A stretch of 64,000 nucleotides of DNA from a virus, in IMG/VR virus record IMGVR_UViG_3300025534_000004, positions 64,001 through 128,000 of that record. The stretch is one strand, 5' to 3'. Positions 1-11,454 of the stretch are shown here, piece after piece. The notes beneath the pieces are model-generated. The model saw nothing but the letters and a program-made list of their open reading frames with translations, searched no databases and was not told where the DNA came from. The translations under genes were made by a program, and so were the position numbers. The number at the start of each line of letters is the position of its first letter. Position 1 is the stretch's first letter.

Positions 1-1
1 T

Positions 2-430
2 GTCTCGACCAACGCCTACATCACCTTCGGCGCGGGCTCGGTGGTCTACTATGGCTTGCAGTACAACCAGCCTCCCGTCCCCACGCTGCACTTCGGCTCG
101 GCCGACAACAGTTGCCAAACGCTCTGGTACGGTACGGTCGGCAGCGGCTCGAAACGCGCGACCTTTATCCGCTATGAGGGGACGGCTGCGATCCATCGCA
201 ACACCAGCAGCCCGAACATCATCATCGAATGGTACTTCTATGCGGGATCGCTGATGACCTGCGTCATCGGCCAGCACGCGCGCCTGAGCGGCTTCTGGGG
301 GTGGTCGAACGGTTCGACGGGCGTCTCCGGCATGGCTCCCGGCCCTGCCTTTTCCATGACGAGCTACGGCTACGAGAGTTTCGATCTGGGCTCCAACTGG
401 TCCTATCGAAACGGCAGCGCCGATCCATAA
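2..430 (+). CDS. C-terminal part of a probable tail/virion protein (5' truncated by window)
   Basis: Frame is open from base 2 (VSTNAYITFG...), beta-rich G/S/Y composition, directly upstream of a DUF4376-like gene. Confidence 0.5.
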   Translation, partial: VSTNAYITFGAGSVVYYGLQYNQPPVPTLHFGSADNSCQTLWYGTVGSGSKRATFIRYEGTAAIHRNTSSPNIIIEWYFYAGSLMTCVIGQHARLSGFWGWSNGSTGVSGMAPGPAFSMTSYGYESFDLGSNWSYRNGSADP

Positions 431-437
431 GAGAAAG

Positions 438-1091
438 GTGATTTCAATGTACGTGCATGTCGAAAACGGCGCCATTACCGCCGGTCCGATGCAACTCCCC
501 GAGGTTTGGCGAAATGTCTCTGGCCTGCACCTTGCGCCGCAGGACTTCCTCGCCGAACTCGGCTGGCTCCCGTACGAGGCTACGCCGCTTCCGCCGCATG
601 ACCAGCGCACCCAGAAGGTGGTCACCCGCGTGGAGATCGGGGCGACGGCAGCCCGCGAGGTCCACCGGGTGGTCAACCGGACGCGCGCCGAAATCCAAGC
701 CTATGACGATGAGCAGAAGTTGCTCCTCGCATCGGAGCGTGCCAGCAAGAAGATCGAGGTCGCCGCTCGCCGCTGGCAGGCGCAGCAGGCAGGCATCGTG
801 TTCAAGGGTACCCGCTTCCCGACGGACCCGGCTTCGGTCAGCGCCTACACGTCCAACGCCTTCGCCGCGACGCAGGACCCGAGCCTGACGGTGAAATGGA
901 AGCTGCCGAATGGCGTTTTCGTTGTCCTGAACTCCGACCAAGTGATCCGGCTCGCATCGGCCGCGCGCGCCCATGTACAGGCGTGCTTCGACCGCGAGGC
1001 CGAATTGGCGGCAGCCATCGACGCGGCGGCCACCATTGCCGCCGTCGAAGGGCTGGATATCACGGGCGGCTGGCCGGACATCGCTGCCTGA
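438..1091 (+). CDS. DUF4376-like tail fibre-associated protein
   Basis: ARRWQAQQAGI...WKLPNGVFV...AHVQACFDRE...ITGGWP pattern; GAGAAAGG SD. Confidence 0.75.
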   Translation: MISMYVHVENGAITAGPMQLPEVWRNVSGLHLAPQDFLAELGWLPYEATPLPPHDQRTQKVVTRVEIGATAAREVHRVVNRTRAEIQAYDDEQKLLLASERASKKIEVAARRWQAQQAGIVFKGTRFPTDPASVSAYTSNAFAATQDPSLTVKWKLPNGVFVVLNSDQVIRLASAARAHVQACFDREAELAAAIDAAATIAAVEGLDITGGWPDIAA

Positions 1092-1791
1092 CAGCATGAT
1101 GCCAAGGGGCGGGGTGACGGTCGCTCCGCCCGTTGGCATATGGCCTCCCGGCGAGGATCGGTCCGGCCGTCAGAAAGGTGGATCGCACCTTGGCGTGCAG
1201 GTCCTCGATGGTGCCGTCGTTCTCGAAGGTGAGATCGATGGGGCTTCCCACCCAAGCCCACTCGCTCGCATGGACCCGGTAGTGGTGTTTCATCGCATGT
1301 AGGGCGTCGGCATCCCCTGCATTAGCGCGGGCCGCGATCCCGAACCACTCCGGATCGTCCCCTTTCCTGATCCGCGCCACGATGCCGCCAAGCCGCCGGG
1401 CCATCGCAAGCTCGTTCGGGAACCGGCCGTCGATCAGCACCACGTCGCTCCCCGGAGGCAGCATGGAGATGCGCCGCTCGACGCTGAACACCCATACCTC
1501 CGGATGAAAATGGTCGCGCATCGCCTCGGTGCCGACCAGTTGCATGGCGCGCCGGGGCGAGAAATCGGGGATGCCGAGACGTTCGGCCCACCATGCATCG
1601 ACCTGCTCTCGCCATGCACGGCTTTCCGGCGTATCGCCTTCGAGCATGGCGCGGTCCCAGCGGAATATGGTGGCAAGGGCATCCTTGATGGCGTCCGCGA
1701 AGCTGAGTGCGTGGAAGCCACTCGCTTGCAAGGGCTGGGCGGCGGTGTTCTTGCCCGAACCCTTGAAGCCGACGAAGGCGATCAGGGTCAT
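1060..1791 (-). CDS. Deoxynucleoside monophosphate kinase (T4 gp1-like)
   Basis: P-loop GFKGSGKNT, SFADAIK, PRRAMQLVGTE, DGRFPNE, HASE. The C-terminal tail overlapping the convergent gene may be an indel artefact. Confidence 0.9.
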   Translation of the reverse strand: MTLIAFVGFKGSGKNTAAQPLQASGFHALSFADAIKDALATIFRWDRAMLEGDTPESRAWREQVDAWWAERLGIPDFSPRRAMQLVGTEAMRDHFHPEVWVFSVERRISMLPPGSDVVLIDGRFPNELAMARRLGGIVARIRKGDDPEWFGIAARANAGDADALHAMKHHYRVHASEWAWVGSPIDLTFENDGTIEDLHAKVRSTFLTAGPILAGRPYANGRSDRHPAPWHHAVRQRCPASRP

Positions 1792-1794
1792 TAA

Positions 1795-1826
1795 ATGCTC
1801 GTTCTGAAAAATGCTCGTTCTGAAAA
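1795..1826. repeat. Perfect 2x16-nt tandem repeat ATGCTCGTTCTGAAAA in the dNMP kinase leader
   Basis: Copies at 1795-1810 and 1811-1826; each contains TTTCAGAA on the minus strand. Confidence 0.85.
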
Positions 1827-2068
1827 GTGCTTCGGTGTGTGGTATTGCGGGTCGGTGCCTGTGGTGGTTGAGGATCAGATTTTCAACAACAGGCGTTCCA
1901 GCAGTTCGCCTTCCTCCCGCATCTCGGCTTCGACCTCGGCGATCTCCGGTGCGTGCGCCAGTTTGGTGAGCAGGACGAGGCGACCGAGGGCCTCCATGAC
2001 CGACGGATTACGGCTTGCGCGCGCAATCCGCAGGATCGCCGTCAGTTCCATCACGGAGATGTCGTGGC

Positions 2069-2449
2069 TCATGCCGACCCCTCGAAGCGCAGCTTGAAAT
2101 GGAGGAGGTCCTGCTCATGCTCGAACCAGAATTCCCAGACCCATCGGTCCTCGCCCTCCCGGTCGTGGAACAGCCCGGTGCTGTTTTCTTCGAGCCACAG
2201 GATCATCTCCTCGAACTTGTCGCTCCACTGGTCGGCATCCTCGGTCAGGGTGACCAACAGGCGGTTGCGGATCATCTTGAAGCCGATCTCGGAGCAGAGG
2301 ATCGTGTCGATCACATCACGGTCCAGTCGGCGGGTCGTGGCGATATTGGCGACGACAGGTCTGGGATCGGGCTTGCGCCTGCTGCGTGCGACGCCGGTAC
2401 GGATTGCGTGCGCGCTGATCGTCCCGCTATTGCCCGTGTTGTAGGCCAT
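2069..2449 (-). CDS. Hypothetical, dispersed paralog family (F-x-x-E-x-D-x-x-x-F-x-L-x-F/W)
   Basis: C-terminus WEFWFEHEQDLLHFKLRF; ATGA-coupled to small ORF 1875..2072. Confidence 0.65.
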   Translation of the reverse strand: MAYNTGNSGTISAHAIRTGVARSRRKPDPRPVVANIATTRRLDRDVIDTILCSEIGFKMIRNRLLVTLTEDADQWSDKFEEMILWLEENSTGLFHDREGEDRWVWEFWFEHEQDLLHFKLRFEGSA

Positions 2450-2557
2450 GCTGATATGCCTTTCTCAAATGTCCTACGAATGATCCATGACAATGTTCGC
2501 CCGGATTCGGCGCACCCGCTCCACGCGCACATTCTCAAGGCTGGCGAAGTAGTCGGT

Positions 2558-2890
2558 TCATGCCATCGCGCTGACCTCGCGGATTGATCCGTCCTCCTCC
2601 ATCAGGGCCACGCGGTTGCGCTTCTCCTCCGGCAACTCGTCATTGCACTCGTAGTGCCAGCAGATGCGCCGGACATTCTCATAAGCGATATGCATGTCCT
2701 GATAGAGGTTGATGAACACCACCCGCCCGCGATGCGTCGAAAAGCTGTCGCCCTCCGAATGGAGCACGTAGGGCAGGAAGTAATCCCGGTCGTATTTCGG
2801 ATCGAACGCCACGGTCAGGTCGCGATATGCCTCCGTCATGACACGGAAGCCATCGATGCTGGTCGTGGTCGCGGTGTCGTCCGCGTCCAT
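2558..2890 (-). CDS. Hypothetical protein; may start at 2961 across a 1-nt indel
   Basis: Protein-like composition; leader motif and ATG at 2961 lie in a neighbouring frame. Confidence 0.5.
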   Translation of the reverse strand: MDADDTATTTSIDGFRVMTEAYRDLTVAFDPKYDRDYFLPYVLHSEGDSFSTHRGRVVFINLYQDMHIAYENVRRICWHYECNDELPEEKRNRVALMEEDGSIREVSAMA

Positions 2891-3165
2891 TTCATCGTCG
2901 GGTCGCGGGCGCGGGTCACCTTGGTGGTGCTGCGCCGGAGGATTTCGATACGGGCCGCCATTGCAGTATTCGTTTCTGAAACTCGGTTACCGTAGCACTG
3001 TATTTGCACCGTGCCAAGCCGAAAATGCGGGCGGCGATTTTTTGGCTGCATGGTTGCTACCACCGCCCGCGCGCCGTGCAGCCGCCAGAGCCTTTGATTG
3101 ACACGCGAATCCGGCGGCCCATATCGTGGCCGGGAGTCTCTCTTGCCGAACGCAGGTCACGCCCG

Positions 3166-3453
3166 ATGAACGCCCACGCCGCCCCGACGATGAGCAGACG
3201 CCGCAGCACCGCACCCGCGCAGCCGACCTTGCCGATCCCCGTCCCCGCCGCCAAGCCCAAGAGGCAGCGACGGGTCAACGCCGTGGTCAGCATCCCGGTC
3301 AGGGAAGGGGTGAAGCCGATGACCTACCGCCCTGCCGCCGAACTGCACACCGAGCTTCTTCTGCACTCCATGGCGAGCGGCAAATCCATGCAGAAGATCA
3401 TCGACGCGGCGCTGGTCGAGTATTTCGCACGGCTGCGGGAAAAGGGCGGCTGA
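3166..3453 (+). CDS. Ribbon-helix-helix (ParG/CopG-like) DNA-binding protein
   Basis: VKPMTYRPAAELHTELLLHSMASGKSMQKIIDAALVEYF. Confidence 0.6.
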   Translation: MNAHAAPTMSRRRSTAPAQPTLPIPVPAAKPKRQRRVNAVVSIPVREGVKPMTYRPAAELHTELLLHSMASGKSMQKIIDAALVEYFARLREKGG

Positions 3454-3494
3454 GGCCGCCCGGCGGCCGGTGGTAGCAACCATGCCACCGCGCC

Positions 3495-6400
3495 TCAGGC
3501 GGCGAAGGACAACGGGATCAGCGTGTGGGCGACGGGACTGGTGGCAAAGAGGTAGGTACCGCCGCACCAGTTGTTCAATACGTGGGAGGATGTGGCTGAT
3601 AACGGGACCGTCACCACATAGTGGCCGACCAGCCCGCCGATCCCGGTGTTCTCCATCCAATCCTTCACGCTGGACAGGGGGATGAAGGACGGGAACCAGA
3701 ACTCCCTTGCGCCGCATTTCCGCATCACCGCGCAGTACGGACCGTGCCAGTCCCCGATGCGAATTGGCGTCACCATCTCCCGCCACTCCTCCCCGTGGAT
3801 GGCAAAGGCCAGTTCGAGGAAATCGTCTATCGAGAACAGCCCCTCCCCGCCCTCGGCCGCCATCAGGGCGGTGGCGCGGCTGGTGGCTGCAACCATGATT
3901 GCATCCCAGATTTCGCGCTTGCGAGCCTGACGTTCACTGATCGGAGTCATGCCCCCTGTACCCCCGCGTCGGTTAGCGAGCCCGACAGTTCCAGTCGAAT
4001 GACATCGATATTGGCCTGTCGCCGCAGCCGTTCCGGGATTTCCCGGAGCGACTGATGAATCTGGTGGTGGTCCCAGCGGGTCCGCGCCACGATGCCGCAG
4101 CACGGACAGGTCCGCTGGCTCCGGTCCAGCATGGCATCAACCTCCTCCACCAGTCGGGCAGCCAGCAGCAGCTTGTCACGCGGAGTCATGATCGCGTCCA
4201 TGACACGGTCCTCCTAAGGGTTAGCGGCCAGCGCATGATTGGCCCACACCCTCCCCTATGCCCACGTTACGACGATCTGTGCGGCCCGGTCGGAAAAAAT
4301 CAGGCGTATGCGCGCCGCCCGGAACTGCGGACCGTGGGAATCCCGGTATCTCGAAGGGCTGCTTCATGTCGCTTTCTCGAAATATCGGCGTGGGGTTCCG
4401 GCGCTACCGGCGCGCCGCTTCCGCCCGGAATATGTCCACCATCAGGAGCAGCTTGGTGGCAGCCACAGTATCGGAGGTCAGCACGCGATGGACGAAATCC
4501 CTTCGCGCTTCATCCCATACCATGGCGAATACGACCATGCCATCATCCACCTCGAACACATGCCAGCCCACACCTCGTCTCGTGACAACCTCCGGGAAGA
4601 TTCCGGGCACACGGTCGGGCCTGATCTCGCCCATCCACCAGCGGACACCCATCCACTCGTTAATTTCATGATCCGGGGCGTGGGAGGTGACCAAGAGGGG
4701 AAGCTCCGCCCACGCTTCGACGAATTCAATCTCGACGAGGTGCGGCAGACGCTCAAGGCTGCGGGTGAACAGGTCCATCAGCCGGGGATGATGGCGGCGA
4801 TGCGCCCGCCGCTCCCAAGACATACCCGCACTCGGCCAGCCACGCTGGGGGCACCCTCGGGGATGCTCTCGAAAAAAGACTGCACTTCCACGGTCTTGCC
4901 ACCGGTCACCTTGAGGATGTCGGCCTCGGTCACCTCCGTACCATAGACGCGGCCGAGGAGATCGGCATAGGGCACGGAAACGCGCCGTAGCCGGGCGGGA
5001 TCAGTCAGGCGAACCGTCTTGATTTCGTCCATGAAAATACTCTCTCAGATAGTTGGAGAGCGAAGGCCGCGCGGGGAAAAATGGGAACCGACGGCCTTCG
5101 CTGAGCACCACAACACGCCTCGCGGCGGAAAGGAAGCGACCGTGGGTGCGTCGCCTCTTATGCACCAAGTTTAGTTCGTGGCACGGGATTTTGCAAGGGG
5201 CTTTTATGTCCCGGCAGTTCCGGGATAGACTGCTGCCCGGACAGGGAAGGCGGTATAATGTCGATGCTACTCGTGGTAGGCCAGCAGTTGCCCGGCTGGA
5301 AAGGACCTTCGAAGGAAGGCGGTGAGTTCAATATAGACCGGGGCGGTGCCCGGCTTCGTGTTCAGTATGTCCGGCCGCGCCCGAGCGAAATCCGGGCATT
5401 CCGGCGAAGCAAGGTCCGCTTCGGTCTCGTCCGGGGCGGGACGCATACCGCCTTCCTTCTGTTCAGCATCCCCGGCCTCACCGTTGGTTGGGCGGATGCG
5501 TCCTATGCTCTTGGTATGGTCCATCCGGAGGATCGGGAGATCGACCGGCGCGGGCCGGGCGAGGGTTGGCTCATCAGCATGTTGCTGATCTGCGCAGAGA
5601 CCGGGGTGCTCCATGCCCTTCGGGCCGTAACCGTCACCCCGGCCTTCTCCGAGCGGCTCGACGAACTGGTGGCAGAACAGCGGGCCGTCCTCCCCGCGTT
5701 CAGCCGCGCCGCGCATGAAGCGGAGATCGCCGCAGCCTATCGGCGCTGGCCGACCCCGAACCATATGGCGAAGGATGCCCTGATCACCGAATTCGGCGGC
5801 CTGTCCTTCCACAAGCTGCCGCCAATGGTCTGGAACCCGCGCTACGCCGGGTAACCCCCGGCGGCACTCATCCCTGCGGTTCCTCCACCCGGATTTTCGG
5901 CACGGACATGCGCTTCACCAGCAGGAACCGCTCATACGCCTCGCGCAGCGTCGGATTCTCCGCGTAGAGGTCCTCCCCACCGACATGCATGAAGGCGTCG
6001 ATCATGCCTTCGAGGGCTCGCGCATCGAAGCTCACCCATACCTTCGGCGAGTTCGAGAATGCGAAGCGAAACTGATCGTTCTCCATCCGCTTGACGACGG
6101 CAAAGCTACCGCTCACGCCCGGCTTGCGCAGCACGACGGCACGGCTGAGTTCCTTGGGCTCACGCGGCGAAGCTGGTGCTGGCGCCTTGGGTCGGCGCCT
6201 ACTGAACGGCCACATCTCAGCGCACCTTAGGCAACGGCATCGTTTCGACATACCCAGCATTGACCTCGTGCGGCTTGTCCTCGCCCGCCACGCCGTCGAG
6301 AGTCTTAACCAGCCGGACCACCTTCTGGCGGGCCGCTTCCGCACCCGCGCGGAAGGCCGCAGCCCAGAGGCGCCTCTCCATGGGAGTCTTGGGCTGGATG

Positions 6401-9400
6401 CTCATCTCCATCTCCTCACACAAGGCCGCCAAACACGTTCCGCCGCAGTGCCTTCGGTATCTGCCGGTCCGTGCAGAAAAACATCTCCGGCCCGTTGCCG
6501 AGGATGATCCGGTCGGTGATCCGCGTGCCCTCCGGGAAGATCGCATAGAATTCGCGCCGCGCGCTGGGACCCCTCACCTCGACCACAACCACGTCACCGC
6601 ATTCGGCCTTGGCGCGCAAATCCGGCCACCAAGAGCCCGGCAGGATGGTGGCGTTGCGCTTGCTCGCGATTTCCTCCCAGCAGTCTCCCTTTCGCCGCAG
6701 CAGGACGACCTCGGCGGCGGACAGGTCAGTTGCAACAGGAATCACCCGGTTAAGGTCCATGCGGTCCTCCTCCGAACGGCACCATACCATCTCCGGAGAG
6801 GCTGTCCAATTTAATGTGGTTCTTTGAACTGCCTTTTTCTGGTTGACTATCTGTGCGCTTTCGCTACATTTGGCGCCACCGGATGAGGAGGCGGGCATGG
6901 AGAAGCTGATCGTCACCTTCGAACTGAGCGTACCCAGCGTACTCCTGCGAACCGCCCGCATCATCAAGATAACGGAAATCGTCGGCGAGACCGGTCGTCC
7001 ATTCTGGGCGGTCACGGCAAAGCGGAATGCCTGCGCCCCCGGTGAGGCCATCCTGTTCGAGGCTGACAACAAGGCGGCCTCGAATGCCGTCGCCACTGCT
7101 CTCCGCGCCCGTCTGGGAGCCGCATGATGACGGTGGTGGTCAATCCGAAGCTCGGCGCCCTGATGCACGGAATCCTCGCGCGCGAAATCATCGTCGCGGA
7201 CCGGCACGACGGCGGCGTCGATATCAGGCGGGGCAACCGCTACCTCGGTAGGCTGCGACGCCGACCGGATTTCGGTTACACGGTCACCGTCGAGGGCGTG
7301 AAATGGCGCCTGCCTCTGGACGCCAGCAACGCCCTTCGCCTCATGTCTCAGCGGGGGCGCTTTGGCGCTACCTATGTCGCCTCACGAAAGGACGGTCTCG
7401 CGGTCCTGCTGGATGCCGTTGATCGCCGCCTGCGCAGCACGTCGGACCGGGACATGATCCTGTCGTGGCCAAAGGGGTCCAGCCCATGACGGGCTGCCCG
7501 CCGGAACCGGATTTCGCCGCCCGCAGCATCTTCCTGCCTCCTGCCGTGGACCAATCCTGATGGACCCCAACAGCCTCAAGCCCAACCTGCTGAGCACCGT
7601 GTTCGCAGGTGTGCAGATCGACGTGAACCTCGACGCCTACGGGATACACGCTTTGGAACGAGCGGTGGCGACCAAGGACCCGGATTTCGAGCGCCATCAC
7701 GGCTTGGACATGTGGGTCGTCGAACTCGTGTTCCGTCCAGAATTCGCCGAGGACAAGGTCACGGGGCAGAAGCGCGCACCCATCGAGATCACGCACCTTG
7801 CCCATAAGGGCCTCGCCGATGCACTGGCGCAGGCGTTCACAGCAAGCCTCGTCGCAGCGCAGCAGGACCGGGAGAAACGGGCCAGTGCGTAACCCCGCCA
7901 CTCGCGCCGACGCCTGCCGTGCAGCCCTTGCAATCGTGTGGGTGATAGCTCTCCTATGCGTCGGGGGCGCAGGACTGATCGTGTACTGGAAGGGCTGGCC
8001 GTTTCCTGTGCCATAAAGGGCAGGCCGGAGCCCGCATTTGAGAAAACACCGCGTTTCGAAAACAGGGAACGACGCAGAATGAAGGGTTGGTGGATCAGTC
8101 TGCGGTACCCGACACCCGTCATGCCTTGGAGTGCGGAGGCCGAGACATTGTGGGAGCCGGTCTACCGGTGGCTCAAGGAGAGGAGCCGCTATGGCACGGT
8201 GCGATACCGGCCTGATGGCATGACAGTCATCGAGACCGGCTACCGCGTGGAAACCAAGCCGTACGCGGTCTGGTTGGAGCATGAGACCGATGTCGTCATG
8301 TTCCAGATTTGCTGGCCCGAATGGGTCGTGCGGATCGAAGAGGGCGTGCGGTAAGGGACCCCGGCACGGAAGCCCCTTCGTGTGTCCGGCGACCAATCCC
8401 TCCCACTGGTCGATGCCCTTACCGACTCCTTTCGAGGAATGACGGACCGACGGACAATAATCGTCTCCGCACCGGATTTTTCCGGTTGACGCGTTCGGGG
8501 AATGGTTTAGAACGGTGCCTGCGGATGCGTCTGTATCCGGCCTTCCCAGCAACCCCGGCGACTGTCGAGGATCATATGACCAACGACGAAATCCAGAATG
8601 CTTTCGCGCGTCTTGATGCCAGCTATAACAAGCTGCTGGCGGCATGGGACGCCCTCAAGGAAGCGACTGGTGGTAACATTGGTGACCTCCCGGCGATTGA
8701 ATCCCATCATCCGGCACTGGTGCAGCGCCTCAATTACTGCGCCCAGAAGTTCTTCGTCACGGCCGAGGGGATCGTGTCTCGCTTGGAGGCCACCGATCTT
8801 GGCGAGCGGGCCAAGCGGTTCTCGGACGTGCTGTTCAACTTCGATAACCGCCGTGTACAGCTTTCGAGCGATCTCGTCCTGCCCGAGGAGATGGAGCATT
8901 ACCGGCAGGTCCATTCCGAAGAATGGTCCCGCATCAGGCAAGAATTGATCCAGCGGGCATGGGAGCGGTTCCGCGCCGCCGATCCGGAGGCCGCCCTCTA
9001 TATCTATCCCGTGGTGCTCGCACGGCAGTTACTCACCCTCTACAAGGTGAGGTTCGATGTGCGCGCTACCATCATGGTCCACGGCAAGCCTTTTAACGGT
9101 TGGGACGCGTTCAGCATCCGGTATCAGGACATGATTCTGGGGGCCTGATGGCGAGCCAACTCGGCAAGCGCCCCGGCGAGCGCCTCCCCGACAACCCGTT
9201 GTGGGGGCGCTTGATCTCCGCCGTCACGGACCTCGTGACGGCGAAGGATAATGCCAACCGTTGGTGCGGAGGGCGTGGCGAACGGTCCGAGCTTGGCTTC
9301 CACTGGTTCTGGTCACGCTTCCCCACACCGGACATGCTGCCCGAGGTCATTCGCAGCCGCCACGATTTCAGGTACGACCGCTGCATCGACCTCAACATTA

Positions 9401-9561
9401 TACTCGATGATGGCGATGTGATCACGATCTACCAGATCGACGTGGATGTAAGCCCGCCACGGCGCGTCGTCGAGGCATATGCGACGAGCCGTGAAGCTGC
9501 CGCGAAGCTGATGCTGTTCGGAGAAGCCTTCATCGACGAGATCAAGGCGCAGATGGCATAG
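3495..9561. other. Cluster of small hypothetical phage genes (e.g. 3495-3950-, 3947-4201-, 4778-5032-, 5258-5854+, 7124-7489+, 7560-7892+, 8079-8354+, 8576-9148+, 9148-9561+)
   Basis: Stop/start overlaps, SD motifs, protein-like composition; no family recognised. Confidence 0.5.
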
Positions 9562-9566
9562 AGGGA

Positions 9567-9645
9567 TGGTGCCGGGAGTGGGACTCGAACCCACGATGAA
9601 TGCCGGTTTACAAAACCGGTGCCGTCGCCGCTGGGCCACCCCGGC
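9567..9645 (-). tRNA. tRNA-Thr(UGU), CCA encoded, 8-nt variable loop
   Basis: GCCGGGG/TCCCGGC acceptor, CCGGT-TTTGTAA-ACCGG anticodon arm, GTGGG-TTCGAGT-CCCAC T arm. Confidence 0.9.
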
Positions 9646-9649
9646 GAGA

Positions 9650-9725
9650 TGGTGCTGGTGAGAGGAATCAAACCTCTGGCCTGCGGGTTACGAATCCGCT
9701 GCTCTATCGACTGAGCTACACCAGC
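9650..9725 (-). tRNA. tRNA-Thr(CGU), CCA encoded
   Basis: GCTGGTG/CACCAGC acceptor, anticodon loop TTCGTAA, T loop TTTGATT. Confidence 0.9.
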
Positions 9726-9734
9726 CCACCGCGC

Positions 9735-9740
9735 TATTTA
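9735..9740 (-). promoter_or_regulatory. Late promoter TAAATA overlapping the release factor stop codon, upstream of the tRNA-Thr pair
   Basis: TAAATA 9 nt upstream of the tRNA 5' end. Confidence 0.65.
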
Positions 9741-10436
9741 CCACAGCAGATCGAAGCGGCCCATCATGATCCGCTCGACCGGTGCCTTGCGTCCGGTCTG
9801 GTGGTCGATGACGATGCCGTTCTGGAACTGGTAGGTCCTGCGTTTGTCCGATCTCTCGCCGGTACCAACATGCACTCGCCGAACCCCGTTGACGGCTGCC
9901 CCCGCGACCTGCCTTGCCAGCCGGTCAAGCTCCGCATGGATGGCCGCCATGGCAGCCGCGAGGCTGTTCTCCCGCGAGCGGGTCTGCGCCGTCTTGACGA
10001 TGCCGGTCGGGATGTGGCGCACACGGGCGGATGCCTGAACCTTGTTCCGGTTCTGGCCGCCGGGTCCGGTACCACTGAAAAAGGAGATGTCGAAGTCGTC
10101 CTTGGAACGCCGCTGGTAGGGCGTGAGATCAGCATGATGGCCGCCGAGCACGGCTACCGTCACGGTACTGCTGTGGACGCGTCCCCGTTTCTCCGAGCGC
10201 GGGACGCGCTGGATGCGATGACCCCCACACTCATTGTCGAGTTTTTCGGCTCCTGAGCCCTCGATCACGAGGGTAAGGGAATGATGTCCGGCGCGCATGT
10301 CCGGAGCCTCGGACGCGCGAGCTTTTCAACCCTCTTTCAGGGCGAGACGCAGATAGGCAGAAGCCAGTTCGGCCACGAATTGGCGAGCATCTTGGCCGCC
10401 CTCGGCGGCACGAAGCTCGATGGTACGCTTGGTCAC
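9738..10436 (-). CDS. Class I peptide chain release factor homolog lacking domain 1, with in-frame UGA at codon 37 (10326-10328)
   Basis: SD AAAGGAGGA then GTG at 10436; IELRAAEGGQDARQF...AYLRLALKEG*K...GGHRIQRVPRSEKRGRVHSSTVTVAV...GPGGQNRNK...RSDKRRTY. Confidence 0.85.
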
Positions 10437-10465
10437 GATGTCCTCCTTTGTGGAATGACCGTGCG

Positions 10466-10471
10466 TATTTA
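10466..10471 (-). promoter_or_regulatory. Late promoter TAAATA for the release factor gene
   Basis: Overlaps the TAA stop of the upstream gene; about 30 nt before GTG. Confidence 0.65.
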
Positions 10472-11389
10472 GGATTGCTCTTGGTCGCCGTCCTGACTGC
10501 CGAAAATCATGTCGAGGGCAGTCCTGATCCGGGCCATGTTCGAGAAGGATTGATACTCCCCCGTCACCATGTTGTAGATGGCGGCGCAGCCATAGCCGAG
10601 CGACGGGGAGGAGTACGACAGGGCCGCCTCGATCAGATGCTTGCGCCGCGCATCCTCATGGTCGTAGCGCACTTCGAAGCGGGCGTAGTTGTTCTCCGAC
10701 CGCGACACCTTCACGCTGGCGAGCAGCTTCTTCGGCGAGCGGCTCGACCACCCGTCCGGACGCTTGCGCGGCTCCTCGACCTCCACCTCGCCATAGGGCT
10801 CGCAAACCGCCTTGAGGTCGGCCACGACTTTCCGCATCGCGGCGAAGGCATCGAACTTGGAGGCGGTCATCTCGACCGACCTGATGATCCTCGGATTGAG
10901 CACCAACAACTGCACCTCGGAGGCGTGGATCGACCCCGTGTCATCGAAGATGGCGTCCCAGCCGAGAGCGCGCAGCACCTTGTTCCAGCGGGCCTTGCCA
11001 CCGCCCTCGCCGAGGATCATGGAGTGGCGCATACACTCCCACGCCATGTCCAGCTTCCTTCGCCGATCCTCCGGCGGATACCGGGTGATTTGTTCCTCGA
11101 AAACGGCCGTCGCCTTGGTGGCGTCGAGCATGGCGGCGAGTTGCTCATCCGTCGTCTGGCTGTAATCGAGGATGCGGGCGTCGGGTGCGAGAGCCACCGT
11201 GAACTTGTATTTCTTGGTGGCCCACATGCTGGTCCCCGGCTTGAAGCTTTCCGGGAAGAAATAGATGCCGAGCGGGTCCTGATGAAATGGCTTGAGGTTG
11301 ATGGTCATCATCTCGTGGTCCGAATAATGGACCCAGCGGCCGGTATTCCAGTCCTCAAGGGACTCCTGAATGATCTCTCTGTAACGCAT
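10469..11389 (-). CDS. Late protein with capsid-targeting-like N-terminus, possible ART-PolyVal-like fold
   Basis: Starts MRYREIIQE; VHYS...GIYFFP...LRALGWDAIFD...EVQLLVLNP; TAAATA at 11418-11423. Confidence 0.5.
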   Translation of the reverse strand: MRYREIIQESLEDWNTGRWVHYSDHEMMTINLKPFHQDPLGIYFFPESFKPGTSMWATKKYKFTVALAPDARILDYSQTTDEQLAAMLDATKATAVFEEQITRYPPEDRRRKLDMAWECMRHSMILGEGGGKARWNKVLRALGWDAIFDDTGSIHASEVQLLVLNPRIIRSVEMTASKFDAFAAMRKVVADLKAVCEPYGEVEVEEPRKRPDGWSSRSPKKLLASVKVSRSENNYARFEVRYDHEDARRKHLIEAALSYSSPSLGYGCAAIYNMVTGEYQSFSNMARIRTALDMIFGSQDGDQEQS

Positions 11390-11454
11390 GGAAGGTCCAC
11401 GGTGGTGGTGGAGCCCGTATTTATCCGGGGGTGAGCAACGCCCGTGGCTGTTCG

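Noticed and set aside
9600-9622. tRNA-Tyr(GUA) reading of the first tRNA
   Set aside because: The 7-nt loop TTTGTAA centres on TGT, and the acceptor pairs fit Thr.
10326-10328. Genome-wide UGA-to-Trp recoding
   Set aside because: Many genes end in TGA with TGATG/ATGA coupling and TGG is used for Trp. No other internal TGA and no suppressor tRNA was seen in this window.
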